Of a stretch of 64,000 bases of DNA, positions 18,295-28,614 are shown piece after piece. Position 1 is the first letter of the stretch. Every line of letters starts with the position of its first letter. The position numbers and the translations under genes were made by a program. The notes under the pieces were generated by a model, which searched no databases, had not been told where the DNA came from, and saw only the letters and a program-made list of their open reading frames with translations. Source of the DNA: an uncultured Candidatus Rokubacteria bacterium (GTDB taxonomy: Bacteria > Methylomirabilota > Methylomirabilia > Rokubacteriales > DASRDR01); NCBI GenBank assembly GCA_963708025.1, contig CAVPSB010000018.1:512001-576000 (forward strand). The letters run 5' to 3'.

Positions 18295-19331
18295 CCGACG
18301 GGCCCGCCACGCGGCGTCACCCACCGTCGGAGCCACCCCACCCACTGGTCCCGTCCGTAGATCAGCCCCAGCAGCCCGCCCGGGGCGACGAGCAGCACGG
18401 CCAGGACTCCGACGGCAAAGGCCAGCGCACCGGACACGCCCACATTCGAGCCGGCCTCGTTGACCAGGAGCACGACCGCCGCTCCAAGCACGCAACCCCA
18501 GGCGCTCTGTGCCCCGCCGATGATGGGAATGAAGATCACCGTGAAGACGATGGCCAGGGTGAAGGACTCGGGAATGATGAACTGGTTCACCAGGGCGATG
18601 AACACGCCGCCCAGGCAGGCGATCGCCGCGCCGACGCCGAGGCTCACCACGCGGCTGAGTTCGGTCGGAAACCCGCAGGCTTCGGCGGCGACCGACGCAT
18701 CCCGCTGGAGGCGAAGACCGATCCCCCACACGGAATCGCGCAGGCGGTTGACTCCGATGGCCAGCAGCCAGACGAGAACGAGACCGGCGACCAGCAATGC
18801 CCGGCGCTCGACCCGCAGCCCGAACACCTCGAGGCGTGGAATGTTCCCGACCCCAGTGGATCCGCCGGTCAGCCAGTCGGCCTGGACCAGGAACCGGTCA
18901 CTGGCCTGGGCCACGGCCAGGGTCGCCACGGCCAGGTGGTAACCGGTCAGCCCCTTGGACACGAACCCGATGACGGCGGCGACCAGCGCCGCCGCGACGA
19001 TCGCCACCGGGACCGACACGAGGGGCGAGGCGCCGGTGTGCGGTGCGAGCAGCGCGACCGCATAGGCGCCGACGGCAAAGTACGTGTTGTAGGCGATCGA
19101 GAGGCTGCCGCTGAGGACGAGCGGGATGTACATGCCGAGTGCAACCAGAGCGTAGACGCAGCCGAACGTGATCATGTCCTGCCGGTAGAGGTCGTGGCCC
19201 ATCCAGCCGAAGTACAGCAGGCCGAGACACACCGCGCCGATGAGCGCCTCCCGCCGACGCCGACGCAGCGCCGCGGAGAGCGCGCGGTCCCCCTCCCGTC
19301 CCGGCGCGACGACTCCGGCCGGATCGCTCAC
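18291..19331 (-). CDS. LivM-type ABC transporter permease
   Basis: Multiple TM segments; LTGYHLAVATLA, TGGSTG, IIGGAQSAWG. Confidence 0.88.
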   Translation of the reverse strand: MSDPAGVVAPGREGDRALSAALRRRRREALIGAVCLGLLYFGWMGHDLYRQDMITFGCVYALVALGMYIPLVLSGSLSIAYNTYFAVGAYAVALLAPHTGASPLVSVPVAIVAAALVAAVIGFVSKGLTGYHLAVATLAVAQASDRFLVQADWLTGGSTGVGNIPRLEVFGLRVERRALLVAGLVLVWLLAIGVNRLRDSVWGIGLRLQRDASVAAEACGFPTELSRVVSLGVGAAIACLGGVFIALVNQFIIPESFTLAIVFTVIFIPIIGGAQSAWGCVLGAAVVLLVNEAGSNVGVSGALAFAVGVLAVLLVAPGGLLGLIYGRDQWVGWLRRWVTPRGGPVG

Positions 19332-20191
19332 TCGCGCACCACCTTCGCCAGCAGCCCATGCGGCCGGAGGCGGAACACGATCAGGATCACCAGGAGCAAC
19401 AGGTACTCACGGATGGAGGCGCCGATGACCCGCGCGCCGACCGTCTCGGTCAGGCCAATCACGCTGCCCCCCAGCAGCGGTCCCCAGGTGGACGCGGCGC
19501 CACCGACCACCAGCGCGAGAAACCCGGTCAGCGCCAGGCCGAAGCCCGAGTGGAACGAGAGCGGTGAGGCGCCGGCGAGGAGCATGCCCGCCAGCGCACA
19601 GACCGCTCCCCCGAGCCCGACCGCGAGGTAGCGGATCCCGCCGACGGGCAGGCACAGCAGCACGGCGGCGTCCCAGTTGTCACCCACCGCCGAGAGCAAT
19701 CGGCCTCGCCGCCCGTAGTTCTGCCAGAGCTCGACGGCGCCGTCAACGCGACCGCGACCGCCACCGTCAGCAGGCTGTGGAGCGTGAATGTGGTGCCCGC
19801 CGACCAGGACGGCACCGTTGACGATCGGCCCCCCCAGCACCGCGCGGGCGGAGAAGATCTGGCGGGTGACCTGGATGATCACGAAGAACGCGGCGGTCAA
19901 CCCGAGCACCACGCCGAAGTGACCCGTCTCACGCCCCTGGATCGGCCGCGTCACCGCCAGGTCGGTCACCGTCGCCAGCGCCACCGAGACGAGCAACACC
20001 AGCCCGGCCGCCACGCCGAATGGCAGCGTTTGCCCCCAGGTGGCGTACGCCACCCCGGCGAACCCGACGAAGCTTCCAACCGCGAAATTGTACGTCCGGG
20101 TCGCCTGGAGAATCAGGAGATACGCCAGCCCGATCAGCCCGTAGAGCGCACCGGAAACAAGCCCCTCCCAGATGACCGAGAACTCGGTCAC
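19328..20191 (-). CDS. LivH-type ABC transporter permease (two compensating indels near 19740-19800)
   Basis: GLVSGALYGLIGL...YNFAVG, VVGGAASTWG, FRLRPHGL. The hydrophobic helix TLHSLLTVAVAVALT is displaced into another frame. Confidence 0.85.
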   Translation of the reverse strand: MTEFSVIWEGLVSGALYGLIGLAYLLILQATRTYNFAVGSFVGFAGVAYATWGQTLPFGVAAGLVLLVSVALATVTDLAVTRPIQGRETGHFGVVLGLTAAFFVIIQVTRQIFSARAVLGGPIVNGAVLVGGHHIHAPQPADGGGRGRVDGAVELWQNYGRRGRLLSAVGDNWDAAVLLCLPVGGIRYLAVGLGGAVCALAGMLLAGASPLSFHSGFGLALTGFLALVVGGAASTWGPLLGGSVIGLTETVGARVIGASIREYLLLLVILIVFRLRPHGLLAKVVRE

Positions 20192-20204
20192 GCCCCGCCG
20201 CTCT

Positions 20205-21452
20205 CTACTTCTGAAGCGACGGCTGGTACGCGGGCCAGAGCTTGGACGGCTTCTGGCCGGCGAACTCCACCAGGACGATGGACCCGCTGGTCGCGCCGTT
20301 GTGGTCGGCCGGCGAGTAGTTCACGGTGTACCCGCGCTGACCGAATCCGGCCGGAAAGTTCCGGACCTGCTCGAGCGCGCCTTTGACGGCAGGCCCCGAC
20401 GTCCGCCCGGCGTCCTCCATCGCCCGTTTCAGCAAGAGCAGGGACGTCAGGTCCATGGGATGGATCGAGAGAAATGGGGCATCCTTGCCGTGAACCGACC
20501 GGAATTGCTCGGCGAACACCTTCGCCTCGGGATCTTCCGGTGACAGATAGTCCACGACGACCGTCCCGTTGACCGCCGGCCCCGCCAGCTTCCAGGTCTC
20601 CGGAGAGGCGATGAGGCCACCCATGGCGAACAGCGGGGCGCCGATCCCGGACGTCTGGTACGCCTTCATGAACAGGGCGCTCTCCGCCGGCGGGGTCACG
20701 AGGTTCAGCACCGCCCGCGGCTGCGCCTGCCGAACCCGCAACAGCTGGCCGGCCAGCTCCCGAGCGCCCGCCGGGACGACCTCGTCGGCGACGACCCGGA
20801 CCCCCGCCTGGCCGAACTTGGCCTTGAACGTGTCGGCCTGGGTCTTCACCGCTCCCGAGTCGTCCCGGACGATCGCGATGGCCGAGTAGTCGCGCGCTTT
20901 CAAGGCCGCGATGAGCTGCTCGGCCTGAACGTCGAAGGATGGCGCCAGCGTGAAGACATACGCGTTGTTCGGCGGCTTGACGATCGCGAGTGCCGCCACC
21001 GACACCCCGATGCACACGATCTGCGCTTCCTCGCAGACGAGGCGGGCCTGGAGGGTGTCCGGCGAGGTCGTGGTCACGACGATGGCTTGCGCGCCACTGC
21101 TGGCCAGGCGACGGGCCTTGGAAAGCGCCTGGTTGGGATCGGCCTGGGTGTCTTCGAACATCAGCTGAATCGGGCGACCGAGGATCCCGGGTTTACCGGA
21201 CGTGGCGGGCGGTGCGCCGTGGAAGAACCGGCCGCCATTGATCGCGTCGGCCGCCATCTTCAGTGCCTTCACGTGCTCCTGGGAGATGAAGGTGACGACG
21301 CCGGACCGGTCTTCGAGCACCCCGATCTTGACCGGTTCTCCGGTCACGGTCTGGCCGCCGGCCGGACTGTTCGGTGCTGCCAGCGCAATCGCCAGCGCGG
21401 CGATCAGGACGGATCTTCGGAACGCCACGCTCGACCCGATCATCGCCCTCAT
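20205..21452 (-). CDS. Liv-type ABC transporter substrate-binding protein
   Basis: Signal peptide; PVKIGVLEDRSG, GILGRPIQLMFEDTQADP. Confidence 0.88.
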   Translation of the reverse strand: MRAMIGSSVAFRRSVLIAALAIALAAPNSPAGGQTVTGEPVKIGVLEDRSGVVTFISQEHVKALKMAADAINGGRFFHGAPPATSGKPGILGRPIQLMFEDTQADPNQALSKARRLASSGAQAIVVTTTSPDTLQARLVCEEAQIVCIGVSVAALAIVKPPNNAYVFTLAPSFDVQAEQLIAALKARDYSAIAIVRDDSGAVKTQADTFKAKFGQAGVRVVADEVVPAGARELAGQLLRVRQAQPRAVLNLVTPPAESALFMKAYQTSGIGAPLFAMGGLIASPETWKLAGPAVNGTVVVDYLSPEDPEAKVFAEQFRSVHGKDAPFLSIHPMDLTSLLLLKRAMEDAGRTSGPAVKGALEQVRNFPAGFGQRGYTVNYSPADHNGATSGSIVLVEFAGQKPSKLWPAYQPSLQK

Positions 21453-21480
21453 GTCGGTCCCCCGTACGCGAGAACGTGAG

Positions 21481-22291
21481 TTACACGGTCAACCATCCGC
21501 CGTCGGGGCTGATGGTTTGCCCCGTCACGAACGACGCCTCATCCGAGCAGAGGAAAGTCACCAGCGCGGCGACTTCCTCGGCCCGGCCAAGTCGCTTCAT
21601 GGGCGTCTGTCTCTTGATCGCCGCTTGCATCCCCGGCGGCATGAAACGCTGGAGTATCGGCGTATCGATGTAGCCCGGGGCCACCGCGTTGACACGAATC
21701 CCCTGCGCCGCCACCTCCTTGGCCAGGGCACGCGTGAAGCCCAGCACGCCGGCCTTCGCCGCCGAGTAGTGCGCCAGCCCCGCGCCGCCGGCGATCCCGT
21801 GGATCGACGAGATGTTGACGATCGCGCCGGCCCTGGCGGGGCAACATGTCGCGCAAGGCGGCCCGGGTGCAGTAGAAGGTCCCATCCAGGTAGCATGCGA
21901 TCTCCCGGCGCCACTGGGCGTCGGTCAGACGGGACGTGGTGTCGAGAAGCGGCGAAGGTTGGTCTTCCGTCTCGGCGCGAATCTGCCGGTCACGAGTCTG
22001 GAGAGCCTCCGCGGTCTCCTCGGTCGGGCCCCCGGCGTTGTTGACGAGAATGTCGATCCCGCCGAGCTGCCGGCAGACCTCGGCGAAGCCGGCGTTGACC
22101 GCCGCCGAATCGGCGACGTCGGCTACGATCGGAACCGCTCCCGGAAGGCTGCTCGCGACGCGGGTCGCACGCTCGGCGACGATGTCGAGGACCGCCACGC
22201 GGGCGCCCTCTTGCGCGAACCGGCGACAGGTGGCCTCGCCGATTCCCGAGCCACCTCCGGTCACGATTGCTCGCTTTCCCTCGAGAAGCAC
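21481..22291 (-). CDS. Short-chain dehydrogenase/reductase (FabG-like); one frameshift near 21840
   Basis: TGGGSGIG and NNAG in one frame; IVNISS, YSAAK, RVNAVAPG in the next frame. Confidence 0.87.
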
Positions 22292-22407
22292 GCTCGCCCC
22301 TCACCGTTGAGGTCGGCACCGCGACGGCTCACGTGCCGCGACCTGCCGCCCGTGATCCGGAGTCAGCCCGGGGTCGGTCGTCGCCCGAAGCGCCCTGTGA
22401 GGCTTTC

Positions 22408-22454
22408 GACCGACCGGTCGGTCCATCCTGCCTGTCGGCAAGACCGGCTGTCAA
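22408..22454 (-). promoter_or_regulatory. Promoter (TTGACA-18-CAGGAT) with perfect 16-bp palindromic operator GACCGACCGGTCGGTC
   Basis: Palindrome at 22408..22423 immediately downstream of the -10 (22430..22425); heads the SDR-ABC-LLM-CocE operon. Confidence 0.78.
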
Positions 22455-22614
22455 GGCGGGCGGTGAAAGGCAGGTGGCGGGCCCCTTCGAGGTATGAGCC
22501 AGGGTCGAGGGCACGCGCAAGCGGGGCTTGTTGGTCGTCGCGAGCGATCCGCCCAGCTGGGGTGCCGCCGGTTCGAGCGACCCCCTGAAACGCGGAGTGT
22601 CGTGGTCCCGGACT

Positions 22615-22860
22615 CTATGGGTGGCCAGGCACCCGACCTTCGGCGCGCTCAGGCTCGGCCGCCGGCTCTCGAGTTGGGTCGGATGGAGGCGCGTCGCCGA
22701 GACACGGCATGGAACAGTCGGGGTCGCTGCACCCGATGAGTCCCACCGGGCTTCCGCCGAACGTGAGGTAACGGATCTGAACTTCTCGCCCGGCCCAGGG
22801 GCAGCGGATGGTGGCCGTGCCCACTCGGCTCACGTACCAGGGAACGAAGGCTCCGATCAT
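22615..22860 (-). CDS. Small four-cysteine hypothetical protein
   Basis: Strong SD GAGGAGAGG before ATG 22860; CP-x22-C-x4-C-x3-C pattern. Confidence 0.55.
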   Translation of the reverse strand: MIGAFVPWYVSRVGTATIRCPWAGREVQIRYLTFGGSPVGLIGCSDPDCSMPCLGDAPPSDPTREPAAEPERAEGRVPGHP

Positions 22861-23068
22861 CGCCCTCTCCTCTCGATCTACGGCTTCCCCGCCACAGGCG
22901 GGTTTGAAGCTGGGCACCCGTCGAACTCGCCGGGTTCCGTGCATGGGCCATGCCCGGGGGCAGGCCGACGAGAGGACGAGGAATTCGCGCCGTTTCGGAG
23001 GATCCGGTCGCGAGGCCCTGGGGCGCCGGCGTCCCAGGAGGGGCTCCGGCGCCGCAGGTGGCGACGGG

Positions 23069-24654
23069 CTAGCTGACCTCGCGGTCCCGGCCCTCCCAGT
23101 AGGGCGCGCGCAGCACGCGCTTGAGCACCTTGCCCGACGGGTTCCGCGGGAGGGCGTCCACGAAATCCACGGACTTCGGCACCTTGTAGCCCGCGATGTG
23201 CTGGCGCGCGAAGGCCATCAACTCTTCCGGGGTGACGTCGAACCCCGCCTGCCGGACCACGACCGCCTTGACCGCCTCGCCCCACCGCGAATCGGGCACC
23301 CCGATCACCGCGACGTCCGCCACTGCGGGGTGCCCGAAGAGCGCGTTCTCCACCTCGGCCGGGTACACGTTCTCGCCGCCAGAGACGATCATGTCCTTCA
23401 CGCGGTCGTGGATGTAGAGGTAGCCGTCGGCGTCCAGATAGCCCGCGTCACCCGTGTGGAACCATCCCCCCCGCAGGGCGTCGGCGGTCTCCTCGGGCAG
23501 GTTCCAGTACCCCTTCGTCACCTGCGGGGACCGGCAGACGACCTCGCCCACCTCCCCCGGTGGCAGGGGCGTGCCGTCGCGCGCGACGATCCGGATCTCG
23601 GCCGTGGCGAGTGCCGCGTCCACAGGAGCGCATCCGCGGGCTCCCTTCCGGCGTGTGGTCCGCCGGTGGAAGGTAGGTGATGGCCCCCGTCGTCTCGGTG
23701 AGGCCGTATCCCTGCCCCAGCTGGCACCGGAAGGTCGCGAGCGACGCGCGGAGCAGGTCGAGGGGGATGGGCGAGGCGCCGTAGAGGATCAGGTCGAGGC
23801 TCGAGAAGTCGGTCTCCGCGCAGGCGGGATTCTGCAGCAGCAGCTGCATGACCGCCGGGACGAACAGCGCCTTGGTGACCCGCTCGACAGGGATGGCGCG
23901 GAGGATCTCGGCCGGCAGCACCTCGCGCACGACGACGATCCGCGCGCCGGCGTAGAACCCGACGAGGGCCCAGCCACTCCCGCCGATGTGGAAGATCGGC
24001 ATGCAGACCAGCACGACGTCCTCGGGAATCCAGCGTCGGCCCCACTCTCGTGTCGCCACCGGGAAATGCGACAGGAGATTCGTGTGGGTGATCTGCGCGC
24101 CCTTGGGGCGCCCGGTGGTGCCGCTCGTGTACATCTGCAAGGCCACGTCGTCCGGCGCGACGGGAAGCTGCGGATCGTGGTCGGCCTGGCGGTCCCGCCA
24201 CGCGGAGTATCGCTCCCACTGAGCCGGACTCCGGCGGGGCCGCGACGTCGGGCGCTCCCTCCGTCAGCGCGACGATCCGCCGCACCGTCCGCAGCTCACC
24301 ACGGATCTTCGCGATGACGGGGAAGAACTCCGGCCCCACGAACAGGATCTCGGTCGCCGCGTCGTTCAGGACGTAGGCGACCTCGGGCGGCGCCAGCCGC
24401 CAGTTCACGGCGACCAGCGCCACTCTCGCCTTGGCGGCCCCGAACAGGATCTCGAAGAAGGCGTCGGAGTTCTTGTCGAGCACGGCCACGCGCGCCTGAG
24501 GGGCGAGTCGGTCGGCGAGGAGTCCCTGGGCCACCCGGCTCGCGCGCCGGTCCAGTTCGCCATAGGTGGTCCGCCGAGCGCCGCTGACGAGCGCGACGTG
24601 ATCCGGCCGGACACCGGCGTGGTGGCGGCTGATCCCGGCGACGGTCTGCTCCAT
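23069..24654 (-). CDS. Long-chain fatty-acid--CoA ligase; frameshifts near 24220 and 23620
   Basis: VNWRLAPPE, YTSGTTGRPKG, YGLTET, WFHTGDAG...DRVKDMIVSGGENVYP, LPRNPSGKVLK across three frames. Confidence 0.88.
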
Positions 24655-24852
24655 CGCCACTCCTGCGGCCTCGCCTCGGGGGCATCCGGGTTCGTGGCAG
24701 CAGTCGGCGCACCGCCGACGCGGTCCGGATGCGCGGTAGGATATCACGGCCGAATGGTGCGGCTCGGCCACCGCGTGCTAGACTGACGCGGCGACGATCT
24801 CGATCGGACACGTCAGCGGCAGGCGGGACCGTCACGAACACGAGGCACATCG

Positions 24853-25626
24853 ATGAGCCAGGCCGTCGATCCCGGCGCGCTGTTCCGTCTGGACGGCCGC
24901 GTCGCCCTGGTCACGGGCGCCTCCAGCGGCCTCGGCACGCGGTTCGCGCGTGTGCTCCATGCCGCCGGCGCCGACGTGGTCCTCGCTGCCCGGCGGATGG
25001 AGCGGATCGAGGCACTGGCGCGTGAGCTGGGCCGTGCGCTTCCGATTGCCTGCGACGTCGCGGAGCCCGCCGACCTCGAGCGGCTCGTCGCGGCCGCACT
25101 CGACCGCGGCGGGCGCATCGACGTCCTCGTCAACAACGCGGGGATCGGGGGCCTGGCTCCGGCAGAACAGGAGCCGATGGAGCAGTTCCGCCATGTGCTG
25201 GAAGTGAACCTGACCAGCGCGTTCGCCCTGACCCAGCTGGTCGCCCGCTCGATGCTCGCGCAGCAGCGGGGGTCGGTGATCAACGTGGCGTCGGTGCTGG
25301 GTCTGGTGGCCAGCGGCCGGCTCCCCCAGGCCAGCTACGCGGCCAGCAAAGGCGGCCTCGTGAGCCTGACGCGCGAGCTGGCCGCCCAGTGGGCCCGCAG
25401 GGGCGTGCGGGTGAACGCCATCGCGCCCGGCTGGTTCCCCAGCGAGATGACGGCGCCCTTACTCGAGGACGAGCGCTCGAGCACGTGGATCCGCCGCAAC
25501 ACCCCCATGGGCCGCCCGGGAGAGCCCCACGAGCTGGATGGTGCTCTCCTGTTCCTGGCCGGCGACGCCAGCAGCTACGTGACCGGGCAAACGATCGTGG
25601 TCGACGGAGGATGGGTCGCCGTGTAG
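24853..25626 (+). CDS. Short-chain dehydrogenase/reductase
   Basis: TGASSGLG, NNAG, YAASK, VNAIAPGWFPSEM. Confidence 0.92.
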   Translation: MSQAVDPGALFRLDGRVALVTGASSGLGTRFARVLHAAGADVVLAARRMERIEALARELGRALPIACDVAEPADLERLVAAALDRGGRIDVLVNNAGIGGLAPAEQEPMEQFRHVLEVNLTSAFALTQLVARSMLAQQRGSVINVASVLGLVASGRLPQASYAASKGGLVSLTRELAAQWARRGVRVNAIAPGWFPSEMTAPLLEDERSSTWIRRNTPMGRPGEPHELDGALLFLAGDASSYVTGQTIVVDGGWVAV

Positions 25627-25647
25627 CGTCGCGCGGTCACGTCGCGA

Positions 25648-26656
25648 CTAGCCGCCGGGGGCCAGCGCACGGACCGCGTCCGCGAGGACCTGCCGCTTCC
25701 GGGCGGGATCCCGCTCCGCCGTGGAAAGCGAGAGAAACACGGTGTCCACGCCCGCGTCCATGTAGCGCTGCACGTGCGACCGGATCTCCTCCATCGATCC
25801 CCGCAGGAACAGGTCGTCGACCACCTGCTGCGGGACGGCGGCCACGGCTCCCTTCCGGTCACCGCTGGCCCATGCGTTCCACATGGGCGCGAGCAGCTCC
25901 GCCCGTCCCAGCCACTCATGGAACGATCTGTACACGGGAACGTTGAGATAGGCAGCGATGTGTCGCCGCACGAGCAGGTCGGAGGCGGGGCCCGGCGGAT
26001 CCAGGTCGACCAGGACCCGGGCGGTGATCTCGATGGCCCCGGCATCCCTGCCCTTCGCGAGGGCAGCCTCACGCACCACCCGGATGGACTGCTGGACGTC
26101 GCCAACCGACAGCCAGTTCAGGATGACACCGTCGCCCACCTCGCCGGCGACGCCCAGCATTCCCGGCCGGAGAGCCGCAACGTAGATCGGAACGGGCTGC
26201 GCGGGCGGGCGACTGAGCCGAAATCCCTCGACGGCGAACTCCGCCCCGTGAAACACGACGCGCTCGCCCGCCAGCGCGAGCCGCAGGAACTGCACCATCT
26301 CACGAGCTCGCGTCGCGGGCCGCCGGAAGGCTCCGCCGTTCCACGCTTCGACGATCGGCTGCGAGCCGGCGCCGATTCCCAGACAGAACCGGCCGGGCGC
26401 GATTTCGGCGAGGCCAGCGGCGCACGATGCCAGAGTCGCCGGGCCACGGGTGAACACGTTCGCGATGGCGGTTCCGACGCGCAGGTGCGTGGTCATGCCG
26501 ACGACGGCCAGAGGCGAAAAGCAGTCGGTCCCGTTCAACTTCGAACGACCAGGCGTCGGTGTATCCGAGGCGTTCGGCTTCTTCCGCGATCTCACGGTGC
26601 TCCGCCAGCGAGTATCCGTCGAGTGGCACCGAGAGCGACCAGCGCTTGTTGCCCAT
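25648..26656 (-). CDS. LLM-class (F420-dependent type) oxidoreductase; one frameshift near 26540
   Basis: AERLGYTDAWSFE / DCFSPLA...GTAIANVFTRGP, GRFCLGIGAGS, IYVAALRPGML. Confidence 0.87.
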
Positions 26657-26878
26657 CTCTCCGCTCCTCGTGGGACATCGGTCTCCGGGTGCACGGGCCC
26701 TCCTCGAGCATCGCACGTGACGGACCACGATGTGGTCCGTCGTCGTAGCGCCTCCGGAGCCCGCCACGCGGAACGGGCCATGGATTCGACGCCGCCGATC
26801 TGCCCATAGTACGTTAGTCTTCCGGGAGCGGGAGTGGGCCGCCTGGCGGAAAGCGTCGGACGAAGCGGAGAGGTCGCC

Positions 26879-27751
26879 ATGGAACCCAGAGTGGCGCGTT
26901 TCGAGGGCTTCGGAGGCATTCACCTCGCCGCCGACGTGTGGGGTGACGACGCCGCCTGGCCGGTCGTGCTCCTCCACGGAGGCGGTCAGACACGGCACGC
27001 CTGGGGGAGCACGGCCCGGGCGCTGGCCGAAAACGGCTGGAAGGCAGTCGCCCTCGACCTGCGCGGCCATGGTGAGAGCGAATGGGCGATCAACGGCGAC
27101 TACTCGTTCACCGCCTTCGGGGCCGACTGCCTGGCTGTCGTCGACCAACTCGGTCGAGCGCCGGTCCTGGTCGGGGCCTCGCTCGGGGGCATCTCGGTGA
27201 TCCTCGCCGAGGGCGTCAGCGACCGGCAGGTATCGCAGGGGCTGGTCGTCGTCGACGTGGCCCATCGCACCAACCGCGCCGGTGTCAACCGCATCCAGAC
27301 GTTCATGCGATCCGGGCTCCAGGGCTTCGCGACGCTCGAGGACGCCGCCGACGCGATTGCCGCCTACACGCCGCACCGACTGAAGCGGGTGAACCCGGCT
27401 GGACTGATGAAGGTCCTGCGACTGCGACGGGATGGCCGATGGTACTGGCACTGGGATCCGAGGTTCCTCGAGGCCCGTCGCTCGGAGGTCCCGGCCGACG
27501 AGTACCAGCCCCTCCTCGAGGCGGCGCTCGCGAACATCCGCGTCCCGACGTTGCTGGTGAGAGGCCGGCTCAGCGACGTCGTCACCGACGACGGGGCTCG
27601 CGACTTTCTCGACAAGGTGCCGACCGCCAAGGAGGTCCACATCAGCAATGCCGCGCACATGGTGGCCGGCGACCAGAACGATGCCTTCTCCAGCGCGGTC
27701 GTTGAGTTTCTCGAGAACGACATTCGCCCGACCCTACCGAGTCGCAGGTAG
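26879..27751 (+). CDS. Alpha/beta fold hydrolase
   Basis: LLHGGGQT, DLRGHGES, GASLGG, AHMVAGD. Confidence 0.9.
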   Translation: MEPRVARFEGFGGIHLAADVWGDDAAWPVVLLHGGGQTRHAWGSTARALAENGWKAVALDLRGHGESEWAINGDYSFTAFGADCLAVVDQLGRAPVLVGASLGGISVILAEGVSDRQVSQGLVVVDVAHRTNRAGVNRIQTFMRSGLQGFATLEDAADAIAAYTPHRLKRVNPAGLMKVLRLRRDGRWYWHWDPRFLEARRSEVPADEYQPLLEAALANIRVPTLLVRGRLSDVVTDDGARDFLDKVPTAKEVHISNAAHMVAGDQNDAFSSAVVEFLENDIRPTLPSRR

Positions 27752-27928
27752 GCTCGGGTAGGTCCAGCGTGCCGTCTTGGTACGAAGTCACGACCGCGAG
27801 GGCTTCTGGACCGCACCCGGAGACGCAGCCCGCGCCCGGAGGCGCATGTCCTTGTCTGTCCTACGGCACCAGCTCATCGAGAGCCCGCGGCTTGCGGACG
27901 GTCTTACAGGACGAGAGGAGAACGGAGC

Positions 27929-28003
27929 ATGAGTGACGGCGCTGCCCGGTGGCGCGAACAGATCTACGAGGCCTCCGTCCGGAGAAGCCCCGAACGCGAG
28001 GTG
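27929..28003 (+). pseudogene. Possible 5' stub of a methylmalonyl-CoA mutase-family gene
   Basis: Strong SD GAGGAG, then MSDGAARWREQIYEASVRRSPERE, resembling mutase N-termini from recall; similarity ends abruptly. Confidence 0.3.
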
Positions 28004-28223
28004 ATTTCTAGCGAGATTACGATCGGGAGCTTCGGCCATGATCTGAGACCCTCCTCGGCGTCGGGTGGTCGGCCGGGCTGCGGCCTCTCCCGTCGTCAGC
28101 TCCGCTCTCGCCGGATCTCCTCGGCCATGCGCAGGGCCTGCATCATCCGTTGGGCCCATCGACGCAGTCTCGGTTCCTGAGGGCGGTGAAACCGCTGCGC
28201 GCGGGGGTGGTGGGCATCACGTC

Positions 28224-28614
28224 TGTCCTTCGCTAAAACCGCGTCTGGTGGGCGGTCGGTCCGAAGCAGGGCAGTCAGCATCCTCGGGCCATCGGCCCCG
28301 CCACATCAAGCGCTGGATCTCAGCGTGGGACGGGTGGCGGCCGGATGGAAGAGTGCCGGGCGTAGGGCGTTGGTGGTGGTGGGCCGGGCCGGGCGCGGTT
28401 GGATCATGCCGCCCGCCGAACGGACCGGGAGCAGGCCCTCGGCTTCGGGAATCTGCACGGCCGTGCCAGCCTCCGACCGCTCGATGGGTCGCACGTCGGG
28501 CGCATCCTTCTCGAAGCCGGTGGAGCAGCGTGCCGATCATGGGACGGCGATTGTCTCCGGATCAGAGCTGAAAGATCAACCGCTTGTCCGCCGGACGGGG
28601 TTTGGCGAAGGACA
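28224..28614. mobile_element. MITE-like or internally deleted IS with ~25-bp imperfect terminal inverted repeats (TGT...ACA)
   Basis: Left end TGTCCTTCGCTAAAACCGCGTCTGG; reverse complement of right end TGTCCTTCGCCAAACCCCGTCCGG; no transposase inside. Confidence 0.6.

Noticed and set aside
8496..26656. Mycofactocin or cholesterol (KstR2) pathway assignment
   Set aside because: Family-level resemblance only; no mft genes or steroid ring-degradation genes, and the operator differs from the KstR2 motif.
28096..28281. 61-aa ORF as a real gene
   Set aside because: It spans the left TIR of the MITE-like element and has no recognisable motif.
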